A stretch of DNA of 60,360 bases, counting the filler. It is 5 parts of 5 records of this genome, joined end to end, with 100 filler letters (N's around TTAATTAATTAA, not from the genome) between each part and the next. Parts side by side here need not be neighbours in the genome. Positions count along the whole stretch, not along the records: positions 32,249 to 53,173 come from DRR723986_11238; positions 53,274 to 60,360 come from DRR723986_11244; 3 more parts are not named here. The stretch is one strand, 5' to 3'. Shown in pieces: positions 45,195 to 53,824 of the stretch. A program made the translations under genes and the position numbers. A model generated the notes under the pieces. That model searched no databases and had not been told where the DNA came from. It saw only the letters and a list, made by a program, of their open reading frames with translations. Each line of letters opens with the position of its first letter. Position 1 is the first letter of the stretch.

Positions 45195-48100
45195 TTAACG
45201 TTGAATCGTAAGCGGCACAGTTGTGGCGCGCCTGCCATCCAAAATCAGGCTTGCCAAATGCGCACCTGCAGGCAGGCTGCTCACGTCAATGCTCAGTGTC
45301 TGTTTGCCGGCACCCAGCATTCCAGCCTCAATTCGTTTAAGGCGCCGCCCCTTAACATCCACAATGTTAAACGCCACGTTCTGTGCGCGTTCCAACTCAA
45401 ATGTCATGTTAAGATCCGATCCCACCGGATTGGGGAACAAAGTCAATGCAAGCGCCTCTTCGTCAATTTGTACCGAGGTAGTTGTCCGCACACAGCAGCT
45501 TATGTACAGTTTGGCCCAATCAACACTTGTATCGTCCTGGATAAAAAAGTCAAGTGTGCCGTCCTGTAGTGCCGGTAAAACCGAACTTGTTAAGCCCGGT
45601 GTCAGATTGCCAAGGTCCAGCGAAATGACTGTCGCCGGCTGGCCTGACCAATAAACACCTGCCAGCGTGCCAATACCGATGCTGTAAATACTGGTACCGT
45701 CCTGCATTATCACGAGCCTGTCGTTGTAACTCAGACCACCATTTGTGCGCACCTGCAGCTCCAGCCTGGCTGCAACCACACAGCATTCCGGCCCCAGGCA
45801 ATCCGTGAAACTATGTGCGAAAAAGCGATTCTGCAGCGGATCGTCAAATCCCACCAGCGGATAGACAGAAAGCCAGCTTTGTAAATCGGCAGACGGGGCC
45901 GCCGGTGCAAAGTCCGGTCCAGGACCAAAGCCGTCATCTTCTCCAGCTGTGACTGAATGCTCTGAGACATTTGTGCATGTGCTATAGTTGCCAAAGTCCA
46001 GGTCTTCCACAGCCTGATTGCTGTTGAGGGTCGGTCTGTAGCTACCTGTGGGCGGTGCCGTCTGCACCCAACCCGACTGCTGGACTTCATACACCAGCCA
46101 CGGAGCGTACTCCAGGTCCTCGAATTTATACGTACCGTCATCAGCCGTAAAAGTTGATAGAACGACGTTGTTTTCCTGATTGACAATCACAATCTCCCAG
46201 CCACCCAGGCCAGTGTCTCCATCATCCTGGGCGCCATTGCAGTCTTTATCCCAATACTTTGTGCCGCAAATGCTGCCGCTTTCAATTGTGCAGAATAGCG
46301 TCAATTCCTGCTCACAGTCGATCCAGGTCTGCGAAACCGGATCAAAGTACTCAATCAAGAGGGTATGACTCGTCTGGGAGCCACTGATGCAGTAGGTACC
46401 CAGGTCTACAAGACCAATGCTTAGAGTCGTGTTAACAGTTAAGGTGCCACCAGTGATCACGTAATTGTGTGATCCGTCACCAGCATAACTAATTGATGCC
46501 GTAGAGCTAAGTGGAGTCAGCCGTATTGCACTGAATTCGCAGTCATATTCCTCTGCCACTTCGATTCCCAGGTCAAAACAGCAGGGGCCGATGGCTGGGT
46601 TATTTTGATAAACTGGCTGCAAGTGTTCGCAGCAGTCGGTAGGATCATCACAGCACAGGTCTACCCGCAAAACTGCGTAGTCAACACTCGTATCATCCTG
46701 AATGAAGAAATCGAGTGTGCCGTCCATCATTGCCGGGAGAACACTTGTTACCTGGTTGAGTGGCAGGTTGCCCAGGTCAATGTCAATTGTCACAGGGCCT
46801 GCGTTGCTCCAGGGATAACCCACCAGAGTTGAAATTCGAATGCTGTAGATGGCAACACCGTCCTGTACAATTACAAATGAATCGTTGGAACTTGCCCCCG
46901 GCAGTGTTTTTATGCGCAGGCTCAACGTTGCACCAACCAGGCAGCAGTTCTCAGGGATGAAGTCAACAAAGGAGTGCGCAAAAAAGCGGTTGGATACCGT
47001 GGCGTCAAAACCCGTTAGAATTCTGCCGTCAAGGTAATCGCTGAGTTCCGGTGTCAGGAAGGTGCCGGGCGCGTCCGGTGTTGCAGCAAACTCGTCCTTG
47101 GTTCCCGCACGCAAATTGTTGCGCGTCGGCCGCTCACAGGCTCGGTGATTGCCAAACTGAACCTGCGCGCTAGGGTCACTGTTACTTAACACAACCGTGT
47201 GCGAGGCCGTCGCGGGCGCAGTTTGTACCCAGCCGTTTTGTTGTGTTTCGCGCACCCGCCAGGTAGCAAATGCCAGGTCCGTAAAACAGAAACTGCCGTC
47301 AGGTGCCGTCGTTCTTGTTTGGCTCACATTATTGGCGGTGTTAACGATCGTAATTTCCCAATTGCGCAGTCCCGGTTCACCCTCGTCACGCATGCCGTTG
47401 CAGTTAAGGTCGTCGTACTTCACACCACAAATTTCGCCGCTCTCAATTGCGCAATACAGTTCCAGCTCCTGATTGCAGGAGACCCAGGTTTCGGTAATAG
47501 GATCAAAGTATTCAAAATCTACAGTGTAGTTGGCCTCCGAGCCCTGGATACACCAGGTGCCCAACTCAATGATTCCGGCGTGCACCTGCGTGAAGACGCT
47601 CACCTGACCATTTGCAATGCTGTACTCCAGATTGTCAGGTCCAAAGTAGTCTATCTGATTAACATTTCCGTTTATCGTCATACGCACGGCATCAAGCTGA
47701 CATGCATAACCCTCATCCACGCGCAGCCCAATCTGGAAACAACAGGGGCCCAGGTCCAGGTCGTTAGAGTAAAATGGGCTGATGTGTTCGCAGCAGTCTT
47801 CCGGGGCAGTACAGCAAAGCTCCACTTCAAGATCAACCCAGTCGACGCTTGTGTCATCCTGGATGAAAAAGTCGAGCGTGCCGTCCATCATGGCAGGCAG
47901 GACGCTGGTTAACTGGCGCGGAGGCAGATTTCCCAAATCGAGGACTACTGTGGAGGTACCGTTGCCTGTCCATGCATTACCCGCTACATCGCCTGGCGAA
48001 ATGCCATAAATCAATTCGCCGTTCTGCACAAAATAGAGCGCATCATTGCTACCTAAACCGTCAAGTGATCTAAAGGAAATTGTTAACCTGGCACCTACCA

Positions 48101-49100
48101 CACAACAGCCAGGCCGTAAATAATCTGTGAAGGAATGCGCAAAGAAGCGGTTGGCTGATGTTTCATCAAATCCTGTTAAGATAGATCCCGACAAACGCTC
48201 GCGCAACTCGGGAGATGGTGCCGCCGGTGTCGCCTCAGGTCTATCCGAGAAGTTATCTTTTGAACCCGCAGAGAGGCTAATCCGCTGAGGCTCTTCGCAA
48301 ATGCGTACGTTGCCGAAATCGTAGGTCCGCAGAGAGATATTGGACTGTAGTACAACTTCGTAGCGGCCTTGCGTTGGCGCGGTCTGTGCCCACCCAGCTT
48401 GCTGATCCTCGTAGATAAACCATGGTGCAAACTTCAGGTTGTCGAAAACATAACGGCCGTCAGAGTCGGTGACAGCGGTCTTGCGTGTATTACTTGGCTT
48501 GTGAAACGCCGTCATTGTCCAATTTGGCATACCCGGCTCACCGGGATCGCGCACACCATTACAGTTCCTGTCATTATACTTTATCCCGGAGATACTGCCG
48601 AGCTGAATCGGGAAGTATGGGACATCGTTGGGACCGGGAAACCTGATAAATTCACCGTTTGGATCGGTCTGGTAGGAGAGTGCCATCTCAAATGACGCTG
48701 CTGGAAGCCGAACCTCCACCAGTCCCAGGTCGTGTTCAACGCCGCTGCTGAACTGGCCCGTCCAGGTAATTGAGTTGCCGTCGCTCTCGGTTTTAAATTC
48801 ATTGGCATCAAGCATGCTCAGTTCCAGACGCTCACCGATGAATTCTATGCGAATGCGTGCATATTGACAAGGGGAATTCTGATTAATGTCAAGAAACAGG
48901 CGGAAGGCATTATCGTTCACCCTCGTGGCATTCTCGTGCCTCAAAGTCAGTGATTCCGCACACTCATCCGCAGCGGCCGGAAGTGTAAGTGCTGTTAACA
49001 TCAGACCGCACAACATTGCAATAAGGCAGTTTTTTTTCAGGATTGCCACTGGACAATCTCCACTTGAACAAAGTCTCAATTGAAACATGTTTAACCTCAA
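45195..49100 (-). CDS. Large Cys-rich T9SS cargo protein with three SdrD-B-like domains, each followed by a repeated unknown domain
   Basis: 3x G.I.G.KY.D..CNG..D.GE.G...W; 3x NRFFAHSF...GTLDFFIQDDTSVD; C-terminal LFPNPV...DVKGRR...LPAG CTD; start uncertain. Confidence 0.88.
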   Translation of the reverse strand: MRLNMFQLRLCSSGDCPVAILKKNCLIAMLCGLMLTALTLPAAADECAESLTLRHENATRVNDNAFRLFLDINQNSPCQYARIRIEFIGERLELSMLDANEFKTESDGNSITWTGQFSSGVEHDLGLVEVRLPAASFEMALSYQTDPNGEFIRFPGPNDVPYFPIQLGSISGIKYNDRNCNGVRDPGEPGMPNWTMTAFHKPSNTRKTAVTDSDGRYVFDNLKFAPWFIYEDQQAGWAQTAPTQGRYEVVLQSNISLRTYDFGNVRICEEPQRISLSAGSKDNFSDRPEATPAAPSPELRERLSGSILTGFDETSANRFFAHSFTDYLRPGCCVVGARLTISFRSLDGLGSNDALYFVQNGELIYGISPGDVAGNAWTGNGTSTVVLDLGNLPPRQLTSVLPAMMDGTLDFFIQDDTSVDWVDLEVELCCTAPEDCCEHISPFYSNDLDLGPCCFQIGLRVDEGYACQLDAVRMTINGNVNQIDYFGPDNLEYSIANGQVSVFTQVHAGIIELGTWCIQGSEANYTVDFEYFDPITETWVSCNQELELYCAIESGEICGVKYDDLNCNGMRDEGEPGLRNWEITIVNTANNVSQTRTTAPDGSFCFTDLAFATWRVRETQQNGWVQTAPATASHTVVLSNSDPSAQVQFGNHRACERPTRNNLRAGTKDEFAATPDAPGTFLTPELSDYLDGRILTGFDATVSNRFFAHSFVDFIPENCCLVGATLSLRIKTLPGASSNDSFVIVQDGVAIYSIRISTLVGYPWSNAGPVTIDIDLGNLPLNQVTSVLPAMMDGTLDFFIQDDTSVDYAVLRVDLCCDDPTDCCEHLQPVYQNNPAIGPCCFDLGIEVAEEYDCEFSAIRLTPLSSTASISYAGDGSHNYVITGGTLTVNTTLSIGLVDLGTYCISGSQTSHTLLIEYFDPVSQTWIDCEQELTLFCTIESGSICGTKYWDKDCNGAQDDGDTGLGGWEIVIVNQENNVVLSTFTADDGTYKFEDLEYAPWLVYEVQQSGWVQTAPPTGSYRPTLNSNQAVEDLDFGNYSTCTNVSEHSVTAGEDDGFGPGPDFAPAAPSADLQSWLSVYPLVGFDDPLQNRFFAHSFTDCLGPECCVVAARLELQVRTNGGLSYNDRLVIMQDGTSIYSIGIGTLAGVYWSGQPATVISLDLGNLTPGLTSSVLPALQDGTLDFFIQDDTSVDWAKLYISCCVRTTTSVQIDEEALALTLFPNPVGSDLNMTFELERAQNVAFNIVDVKGRRLKRIEAGMLGAGKQTLSIDVSSLPAGAHLASLILDGRRATTVPLTIQR

Positions 49101-49587
49101 AATCGTGTGAAGGCAGCCCGGGTGCCGTAGTTAAAATATAGATAAAGGCTGCCTGGCCGTTGTGTGTACAACAGCTTAATGCGCATGTGAAGAATTGATT
49201 CATCTTGTTTTGTATGCTGGGGCTACAAAACCTTCAGTCTGGTGTGAAAATGCTACACTCAGTCTGGTATCGAAGTCTGTTTTGGGATGTATCCCGCAGG
49301 AACCTGCCCTTGCATTAAATGAATTCGCTACAACTGTGAATTTGAATTCATCCCGTGACTCTGCTTGGTGCATGTGAGGCAGGAGTCAAAGCAGGGAGCG
49401 GAAAAAGTAGTGAGCAGAACCGCAGCCGACAGTGATATGAAAACATGTGATTCTAAGGCAGTCTCCAGCCATAGTGAGTTGACTGAATTCTTACTCCGGA
49501 ATCATTTAATCCAATTCCTGAACTTATTTGTGAATCGCTAATTGATTGTCAAAGTAGATAAATAATATCTTAGCTGCAAACTAAAAT

Positions 49588-49628
49588 GCGAACAGCCGCA
49601 TTTCCGGCCGGGAAATACAGCTGTTCGC
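49588..49628. terminator. Imperfect hairpin after module 2
   Basis: GCGAACAGC...GCTGTTCGC stem with inner ATTTCC/GGAAAT. Confidence 0.5.
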
Positions 49629-49696
49629 GAGCAAAAAATCATTTGTAAGCTTACGCTCTCATCAGAAGGCACATAATTTCTGACTACGCACTTGGC

Positions 49697-51370
49697 TTAT
49701 CGCTTAACAAATGACAGTGTTTGCATTTTATTGTTTTGCAGAATTGTTAACAAGTACACTCCAGGTGACCAGCTCGTCAGGTCTATGTTAAATGCACCCG
49801 ATGGTTCAACTTGTTCGGCGTACATTGTTCGGCCCATTATATCTGTAATACTCAATTCATAGCGCTCACGCACCAGACCAGTTATCACAATATTGTTGGC
49901 CGCCGGGTTTGGATTGACTTGTATGTCCAGCGGCAAGCCCGTTGCAGATGGAGCTACCGGATCTTCTACAGTGCCGCTATCACCCTGCTTGGCCCCTGGG
50001 ACCACGGTACATGCGGCAATACTGGCGCGAAAATCAGAGTTGGCAACCGCAAAACCGTGTTTCAGCGTGATTTTATTCCCGGCCTGGAACTCAATGTCTT
50101 TGCCGGAAAAGATGCGGTATTCCTGCTCTGCCGTTATGAAGTCACTCGCCAGGTATGTCGCCTCCGTGTTCAGCGGAAACGCACGCAACTCATGATGTTC
50201 TAAACAACAGTCCTTGTAATCGAAGTCCTGAATGAAATATACAGGGCTTATAGGCGGGAACTCATCCACCTGGGTGGGTGGATTCTTCATATCTACGGCC
50301 ACGTCTCTTTCGTCCGTCTCGGAACAATTGCCAAACTTAAGGTTAACGTGATATTGTCCATCACCCAAGGCATTACCATCGTTATCACGCCCGTTCCATG
50401 TGCCTGTGTAGTGCGCTCTCCCAAACACGGGATGGTTGTGCAGGCCTTGCGGGCTAAATTCTTCCTGTGTCCAAACGATGTCTCCATTTACATCTTCTTC
50501 TCTAATTTCCATTCGGTAGAGTGTGGCATTAAACACAATGAACTCGTAGTAGTTGGGCGGTGATTGTGCCGGATCAAAAGCTGAGGGCAGGGTAAATGTT
50601 AACTCGCCAAATTCTGGCGCACAGGGATGATCGCAGAACTTGATAATCTCAACATCATCTATCAGTACGTAGGCCCCGCTGCATTCCGGGTTTTCACCGC
50701 GCTGCCGGACTTCAATGGCAGTCCAATCAAATTTGTTAAACGAACCGCCTCTGTCAGGTGACTCTACCACAGCGGTGACGCGGTGCCAGCCATCTGCTAC
50801 GGGGAATTGTGTTAGGTCACCTTCTATCAGTCTTGTTTTGATTGACTGTCCGCCGCTGACATCCAGAGTGCGATAATTCTCTTCACAGAATTCTCCGCCG
50901 GCGGTATTAAGGGCCTTGTAGTGCATCTTTTCGCGCCCAAAGTGTATCACAATTTCGGCATCCGTAAATTCAGTGTCGTCGCCGTCAGGCGTCGTTGCAG
51001 CCAACTGAATCCACATACTCACCAGGTAAAACTCAAAGTCTTCATACTCTTCATTGTTGTGCAACTTCTGCTGCATCAACTCAAATTGTTGCATGCCAAC
51101 GTAACCGCTGCCATTTCTTGCGTCGATATTGTCATGTTTAAAGCCGCCGTCAAACCAGTCGCAGGAGTGCCATGAGTTACCATCGTTTGTGGTAAAAAAC
51201 TCATTAGACCATTCACTGATATCGCCGAACTGTCCATGATTTGTTGGATCTGGGCTGCCATTCTCAAAGCCGGCATTACTGAACAGATTGCCGGCCACCA
51301 GTAGGGGCGTATGTATGCACAGGCATACACATCCCACAATTACAGGCAGCAATCCCTTAAATATTTGCAT
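49697..51370 (-). CDS. Secreted T9SS type A cargo protein, paralog of 36503-38188; module 2 gene B
   Basis: NAGFENG, DGNSWHS.DWF, AYVLIDD.EI...CDHPC, TWNGRDNDGN, AGNKITLKHGF, VNPNPA...SPGVYLL...FVK. Confidence 0.85.
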   Translation of the reverse strand: MQIFKGLLPVIVGCVCLCIHTPLLVAGNLFSNAGFENGSPDPTNHGQFGDISEWSNEFFTTNDGNSWHSCDWFDGGFKHDNIDARNGSGYVGMQQFELMQQKLHNNEEYEDFEFYLVSMWIQLAATTPDGDDTEFTDAEIVIHFGREKMHYKALNTAGGEFCEENYRTLDVSGGQSIKTRLIEGDLTQFPVADGWHRVTAVVESPDRGGSFNKFDWTAIEVRQRGENPECSGAYVLIDDVEIIKFCDHPCAPEFGELTFTLPSAFDPAQSPPNYYEFIVFNATLYRMEIREEDVNGDIVWTQEEFSPQGLHNHPVFGRAHYTGTWNGRDNDGNALGDGQYHVNLKFGNCSETDERDVAVDMKNPPTQVDEFPPISPVYFIQDFDYKDCCLEHHELRAFPLNTEATYLASDFITAEQEYRIFSGKDIEFQAGNKITLKHGFAVANSDFRASIAACTVVPGAKQGDSGTVEDPVAPSATGLPLDIQVNPNPAANNIVITGLVRERYELSITDIMGRTMYAEQVEPSGAFNIDLTSWSPGVYLLTILQNNKMQTLSFVKR

Positions 51371-51404
51371 GATAATTTTCCTGTTTAATAAATAGGGTTG
51401 CTGC

Positions 51405-52688
51405 TTAGCGCTGTTGTTTAAGTGCGTTGATCTCTTTTTGCTGCTGAATTACGTACAAGGTCAGCTCTTCGATCTTGAGCATCAGACGCGCATTCATCTC
51501 ACCGACTTTAAGGCCTTGACCTTCGACTTCGCTGCCGGCGGGGATGTCGGGCAGGTGTTTGTTTTCCTGGATGAATTTTTCAACTTCTTCAAGCGGGCGC
51601 AGTTCGTAGTCATCTTCAAAAACAAAGTCACACCACTGTGTTTCAACCACAATTTCCTCGGCGCGAATTGAGCCACAAACCATCAACTTAAAGTTTGCGT
51701 CAAACGCATCTGTACCTATGCCCACGGCACCGGCATTGTGCATGACTAAAACATTCTCCCAGTTAACCTGGCTGCCAAGGTTGACCGTTTGGTCGGGATC
51801 CGACATTGCAAACTTCAGGGCACCGGCACCCGGGCTGTAACTGATTTTCGCGGCTTGTTTGGAAGCTGTGGAGTAGCGCAGGCCCGTGTTTGGCGCCGCT
51901 ACAGGGTAAGCGTTCCAGGCGATTGGCACATCGGATGTCCGGCCACCAACGTACAGGCGGTTGGTTCCATTAGCACCCAGTTCGACGGCGTCACTGTGAC
52001 AAATCGGCGCGTATTGGATCGGCAGATCGGTGACAGGCTGCGGGCCACAGCCCGTGTTTAACAAGTCAAAAGGATCAGCCCAGACGGAATTGCCGTTAAC
52101 ATCAGCTGAGAGCACGTAGCCATTTTGTGCGCTGGCGGAGTTAAGTTTAATATCGCCATTGAAGTCAATATCGGCCTGCGGGTCATCCGTTCCAATACCA
52201 ACTTGTCCAGTGCGGTCAATCGTGAGTGCATCCACGCTATTACCCGCATTGTCCATAGTAGTTACTTCTACCAGATTGCTGACGGTAACTGGGCCCTGTG
52301 TTAATTCGCACTGATTTTCGACTTTAAAGCCGACTTCGGTGCATTCTGCCAGGACATGCAGGTTGGCGCTCGGGAATAGCGATCCCTCGGATGTCTGCCC
52401 AATTCCCACATTGCCGGCGGCATAAAAAATGTGACTGCCATATGGTTTCCAAATGCCAATTGGTAGACCGTTTTGGCGGATTTGTGAAGCGTTGATTGTT
52501 CCGTTAATATCCAGCTCGTAGGCCGGAGTGTTAGTGTTTATGCCAAAGTGTGTTGGTCCACCACTGAGTGAAGACTGCGCGTAGGTGGCTACGTTATCGA
52601 CAAATAGTTGTGCATCTGCAGTTGTTTGTGTTAAAGTAAACACAAACGCAATAGTTGCGAATAAACGAAAAGTGTGACTCGTTAACAT
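51405..52688 (-). CDS. Secreted tail-fibre/spike-like protein, paralog of 38299-39591; module 2 gene A
   Basis: Signal peptide from ATG 52688; VGIG repeats; WCDFVF..YELRPLEEVE..HLPDIP..LKIEELTLY. Confidence 0.82.
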   Translation of the reverse strand: MLTSHTFRLFATIAFVFTLTQTTADAQLFVDNVATYAQSSLSGGPTHFGINTNTPAYELDINGTINASQIRQNGLPIGIWKPYGSHIFYAAGNVGIGQTSEGSLFPSANLHVLAECTEVGFKVENQCELTQGPVTVSNLVEVTTMDNAGNSVDALTIDRTGQVGIGTDDPQADIDFNGDIKLNSASAQNGYVLSADVNGNSVWADPFDLLNTGCGPQPVTDLPIQYAPICHSDAVELGANGTNRLYVGGRTSDVPIAWNAYPVAAPNTGLRYSTASKQAAKISYSPGAGALKFAMSDPDQTVNLGSQVNWENVLVMHNAGAVGIGTDAFDANFKLMVCGSIRAEEIVVETQWCDFVFEDDYELRPLEEVEKFIQENKHLPDIPAGSEVEGQGLKVGEMNARLMLKIEELTLYVIQQQKEINALKQQR

Positions 52689-53061
52689 CTGAGACTCCAA
52701 TGTGTTGGAATTGTTAAGTAATAGGTGCTCTGTCAGCGCTGGAATTACGCTGATGACTGTATTTGATTGTAGATGATTTGGCGCTGCCAGTGTCGTCGTG
52801 CAGTCGGCTGAAATTGGGGGGGACAGCACGGCGATGTAGTCAGGTCTCCACCGGTTTACGGCAGATGATGCTAGTGATGTTGTTAAACATTCAATTAATT
52901 CATCTTGGCTGCAGATGAGTATGCGTTATTGTCAAAAAATGAACCAGGTGTGCCAACGCGCGCAGATGTTGGCGATATCAGTTATTGATATTTTTGAGTA
53001 TCCGCAAAATACTCGCAGAAGTAGAATGACCAGGTGCAACTCCTGTAAAACTGATATGCAG

Positions 53062-53092
53062 CAAATATAGATTGTCACACCCACACATCAAA
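53062..53092 (-). promoter_or_regulatory. Bacteroidota primary-sigma promoter for module 2
   Basis: Exact TTTG-N19-TATATTTG (consensus TTTG-N19-21-TAnnTTTG). Confidence 0.7.
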
Positions 53093-53173
53093 TGGACAGT
53101 TTATGGACAATGGGTAATGGACAATGGACAGCGGATGGACAGCGGATGGACAGTGGATGGACAGTGGATGGAC
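53092..53173. repeat. ATGGAC direct-repeat array, mostly 11-bp period
   Basis: ATGGAC at 53092, 53103, 53117, 53124, 53135, 53146, 53157, 53168; runs into the contig end. Confidence 0.9.
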
Positions 53174-53273
53174 NNNNNNNNNNNNNNNNNNNNNNNNNNN
53201 NNNNNNNNNNNNNNNNNTTAATTAATTAANNNNNNNNNNNNNNNNNNNNNNNNNNNNNNNNNNNNNNNNNNNN
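53174..53273. other. Artificial contig spacer
   Basis: N44-TTAATTAATTAA-N44. Confidence 0.98.
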
Positions 53274-53436
53274 CACTACCTGTTAGCCACAAGCTAACAG
53301 CTCATGTTTTTGATTGATTGCACATCAGCGAATTGCTCCGCTTTGAGTTCCAAGGCATTTAACCTAAAGTCTCTTGGACTGACATCCAGCGGGCAGACTC
53401 AGCGGTTGAACGGCAAGAATTTCACCTAAAAAGTTT

Positions 53437-53477
53437 TCCCCACCACCTGTGTGCCTGTGGCTCACAGGTGGTGGGGA
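53437..53477. repeat. 15-bp perfect inverted repeat TCCCCACCACCTGTG...CACAGGTGGTGGGGA
   Basis: Seen directly; followed by a duplicated GGTGGTGGGGA. Confidence 0.75.
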
Positions 53478-53599
53478 GGTGGTGGGGATTCAGGCTTCCA
53501 GATTCGCATCAATACCTCAAGAATTTACACCCAACAACTAACAAAACCCTCAAAAAGCAAGCCGCCCGCCAAAAATCATTTGAAGGCGGAGGCGCTGCA

Positions 53600-53690
53600 A
53601 TCAGAGACCGTAAACCCAGAGATAGTTAAACCCAAAGACCGCAATCCCAAAGACCGTAATCCCCGAGACCCCAAATCCAAAGACAATTAA
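53600..53690. repeat. Degenerate 15-bp tandem repeat (CCCAAAGACCGYAAT), about 6 units
   Basis: Best units start at 53631, 53646, 53661, 53676. Confidence 0.75.
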
Positions 53691-53760
53691 CATTCCAGAC
53701 CGGCGCTGTTAACAAATGATGCGCTGGAGATCAATTCACAAAAAAAACACCCCAAAACAA

Positions 53761-53790
53761 AAAAGCCGACCACTATTGTGACCGGCTTTT
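53761..53790 (-). terminator. Terminator after hutU
   Basis: AAAAGCCG-loop-CGGCTTTT hairpin flanked by A/T tracts. Confidence 0.65.
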
Positions 53791-53824
53791 AAAATACATA
53801 GCTGCTCGTTAAAACTGCAGCTGA

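Noticed and set aside
38299-52688. Prophage or contractile injection system suggested by fibre-like genes
   Set aside because: No capsid, sheath, tube, baseplate, integrase or lysis genes; the proteins have Sec signal peptides and housekeeping neighbours.
53092-53173. Possible CRISPR or telomere-like repeat
   Set aside because: 11-bp contiguous units without spacers; better explained as a promoter-associated array.
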